A DNA stretch of 63,363 bases, the filler included, from Sphacelaria rigidula (Eukaryota): the NCBI GenBank assembly GCA_964200075.2. It is 11 parts of 11 records of this genome, joined end to end, with 100 filler letters (N's around TTAATTAATTAA, not from the genome) between each part and the next. Parts side by side here need not be neighbours in the genome. Positions count along the whole stretch, not along the records: positions 57,695 to 63,363 come from CAXNAA020025414.1; 10 more parts are not named here. One strand, 5' to 3'. Shown in pieces: positions 62,538 through 63,363 of this stretch. The first letter of the stretch is position 1; each line of letters opens with the position of its first letter. The notes under the pieces are model-generated. The model made no database searches. It worked only from the letters and a program-made list of their open reading frames with translations, and was not told where the DNA came from. Position numbers and translations under genes: made by a program.

Positions 62538-63363
62538 GTGAGAATATAGGCACACGCGTCTTGTTCATCCCCCCCCCCCATCCCCCATTGGAACGATAAG
62601 GGGTAAGTATGACAGCAGTGGAATGAAGTACGATTCGAATCACCGACCTCGCAGGGTAGAGGGTTGATGAAGCCATGGTGGAGTATGACTTCTGCGAGAG
62701 GCTACCTTGTGTATGTGTCAGATGTTTGCGTCTAGCTGTTATCCTTTATGTTTAGTCATTCTTATGGAGAAACAAGAACGAAAACTGACCACTTTCACTT
62801 GAAAAGTAGTACAGCAGAACGAGAGGCTACTGTGGGAAGAAAATACTGTCGAGATCAACCGATGAAAATTCTGGAAGATGGTATCAAACACTTGAGCTGC
62901 AGGATTTGTCTCCCTCTCCCGCGCGGGGTGCATATCCAGCAGATGGTCACCGCCAGGCAGTTGTGCATTAAACGCATGAATATTTTACTCCCCCTCCCCT
63001 CCACAACTGTTCTCTGTCCCGTTTACCCACTCTACAGTATGTGGATAGCATTCAAGGTGTGAAGCATGCCTCAATACCGTGTTTTTGCGCCTGACATGAT
63101 CATGGTTCCGAAGTAGTTGGCAAATGAGGTTTGTTCCGATCTTCAGGCTGAAAAGCTAGGTATATCAATTGATTTGATTGTTGGTACTTTTTTACCGCAC
63201 CATGCGCGCAAGGGGGAAGGGTCTTGGAGAGCAGGAGGCAGTGCTGAGCTTCAAATTACTTTTTGTACAGGTCGAGACATCTCGACTTATACACATATGT
63301 ATCTCCTGCACCCCCCCTCCCCCCCCCCCCCCGCCCCCCACGTCCCGCACAACCCGCCCCGCC

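Overview
Eukaryotic, repeat-rich DNA, very probably from a brown alga (Phaeophyceae, Ectocarpus-like), judged from EsV-1-7 repeats, an ASAFAP-type plastid presequence, short exons in long introns and TTAGGG-bearing MITEs. The window is not one locus. It is 11 contigs of 5670/5669 bp, sorted by size and joined by 100-nt N linkers containing TTAATTAATTAA, so nothing can be linked across gaps. Supported content: an array of at least 11 EsV-1-7 zinc-binding repeats with three hypervariable positions; three transportin exons (one GC-AG intron) with an intronic tRNA-Ala(CGC); two MAP3K-like kinase exons; a three-exon zinc-ribbon plus Tudor-like gene fragment; a head-to-head gene pair, one probably plastid-targeted; a Ty3/Gypsy 5' LTR and gag-pol; an RT-deleted Ty1/Copia; RTE-LINE, hAT and Harbinger-like fragments; a tRNA-derived SINE family; and many MITEs, including a telomere-repeat MITE nested in itself and a MITE carrying a tRNA-like cassette. 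All calls were made by eye, without database searches.
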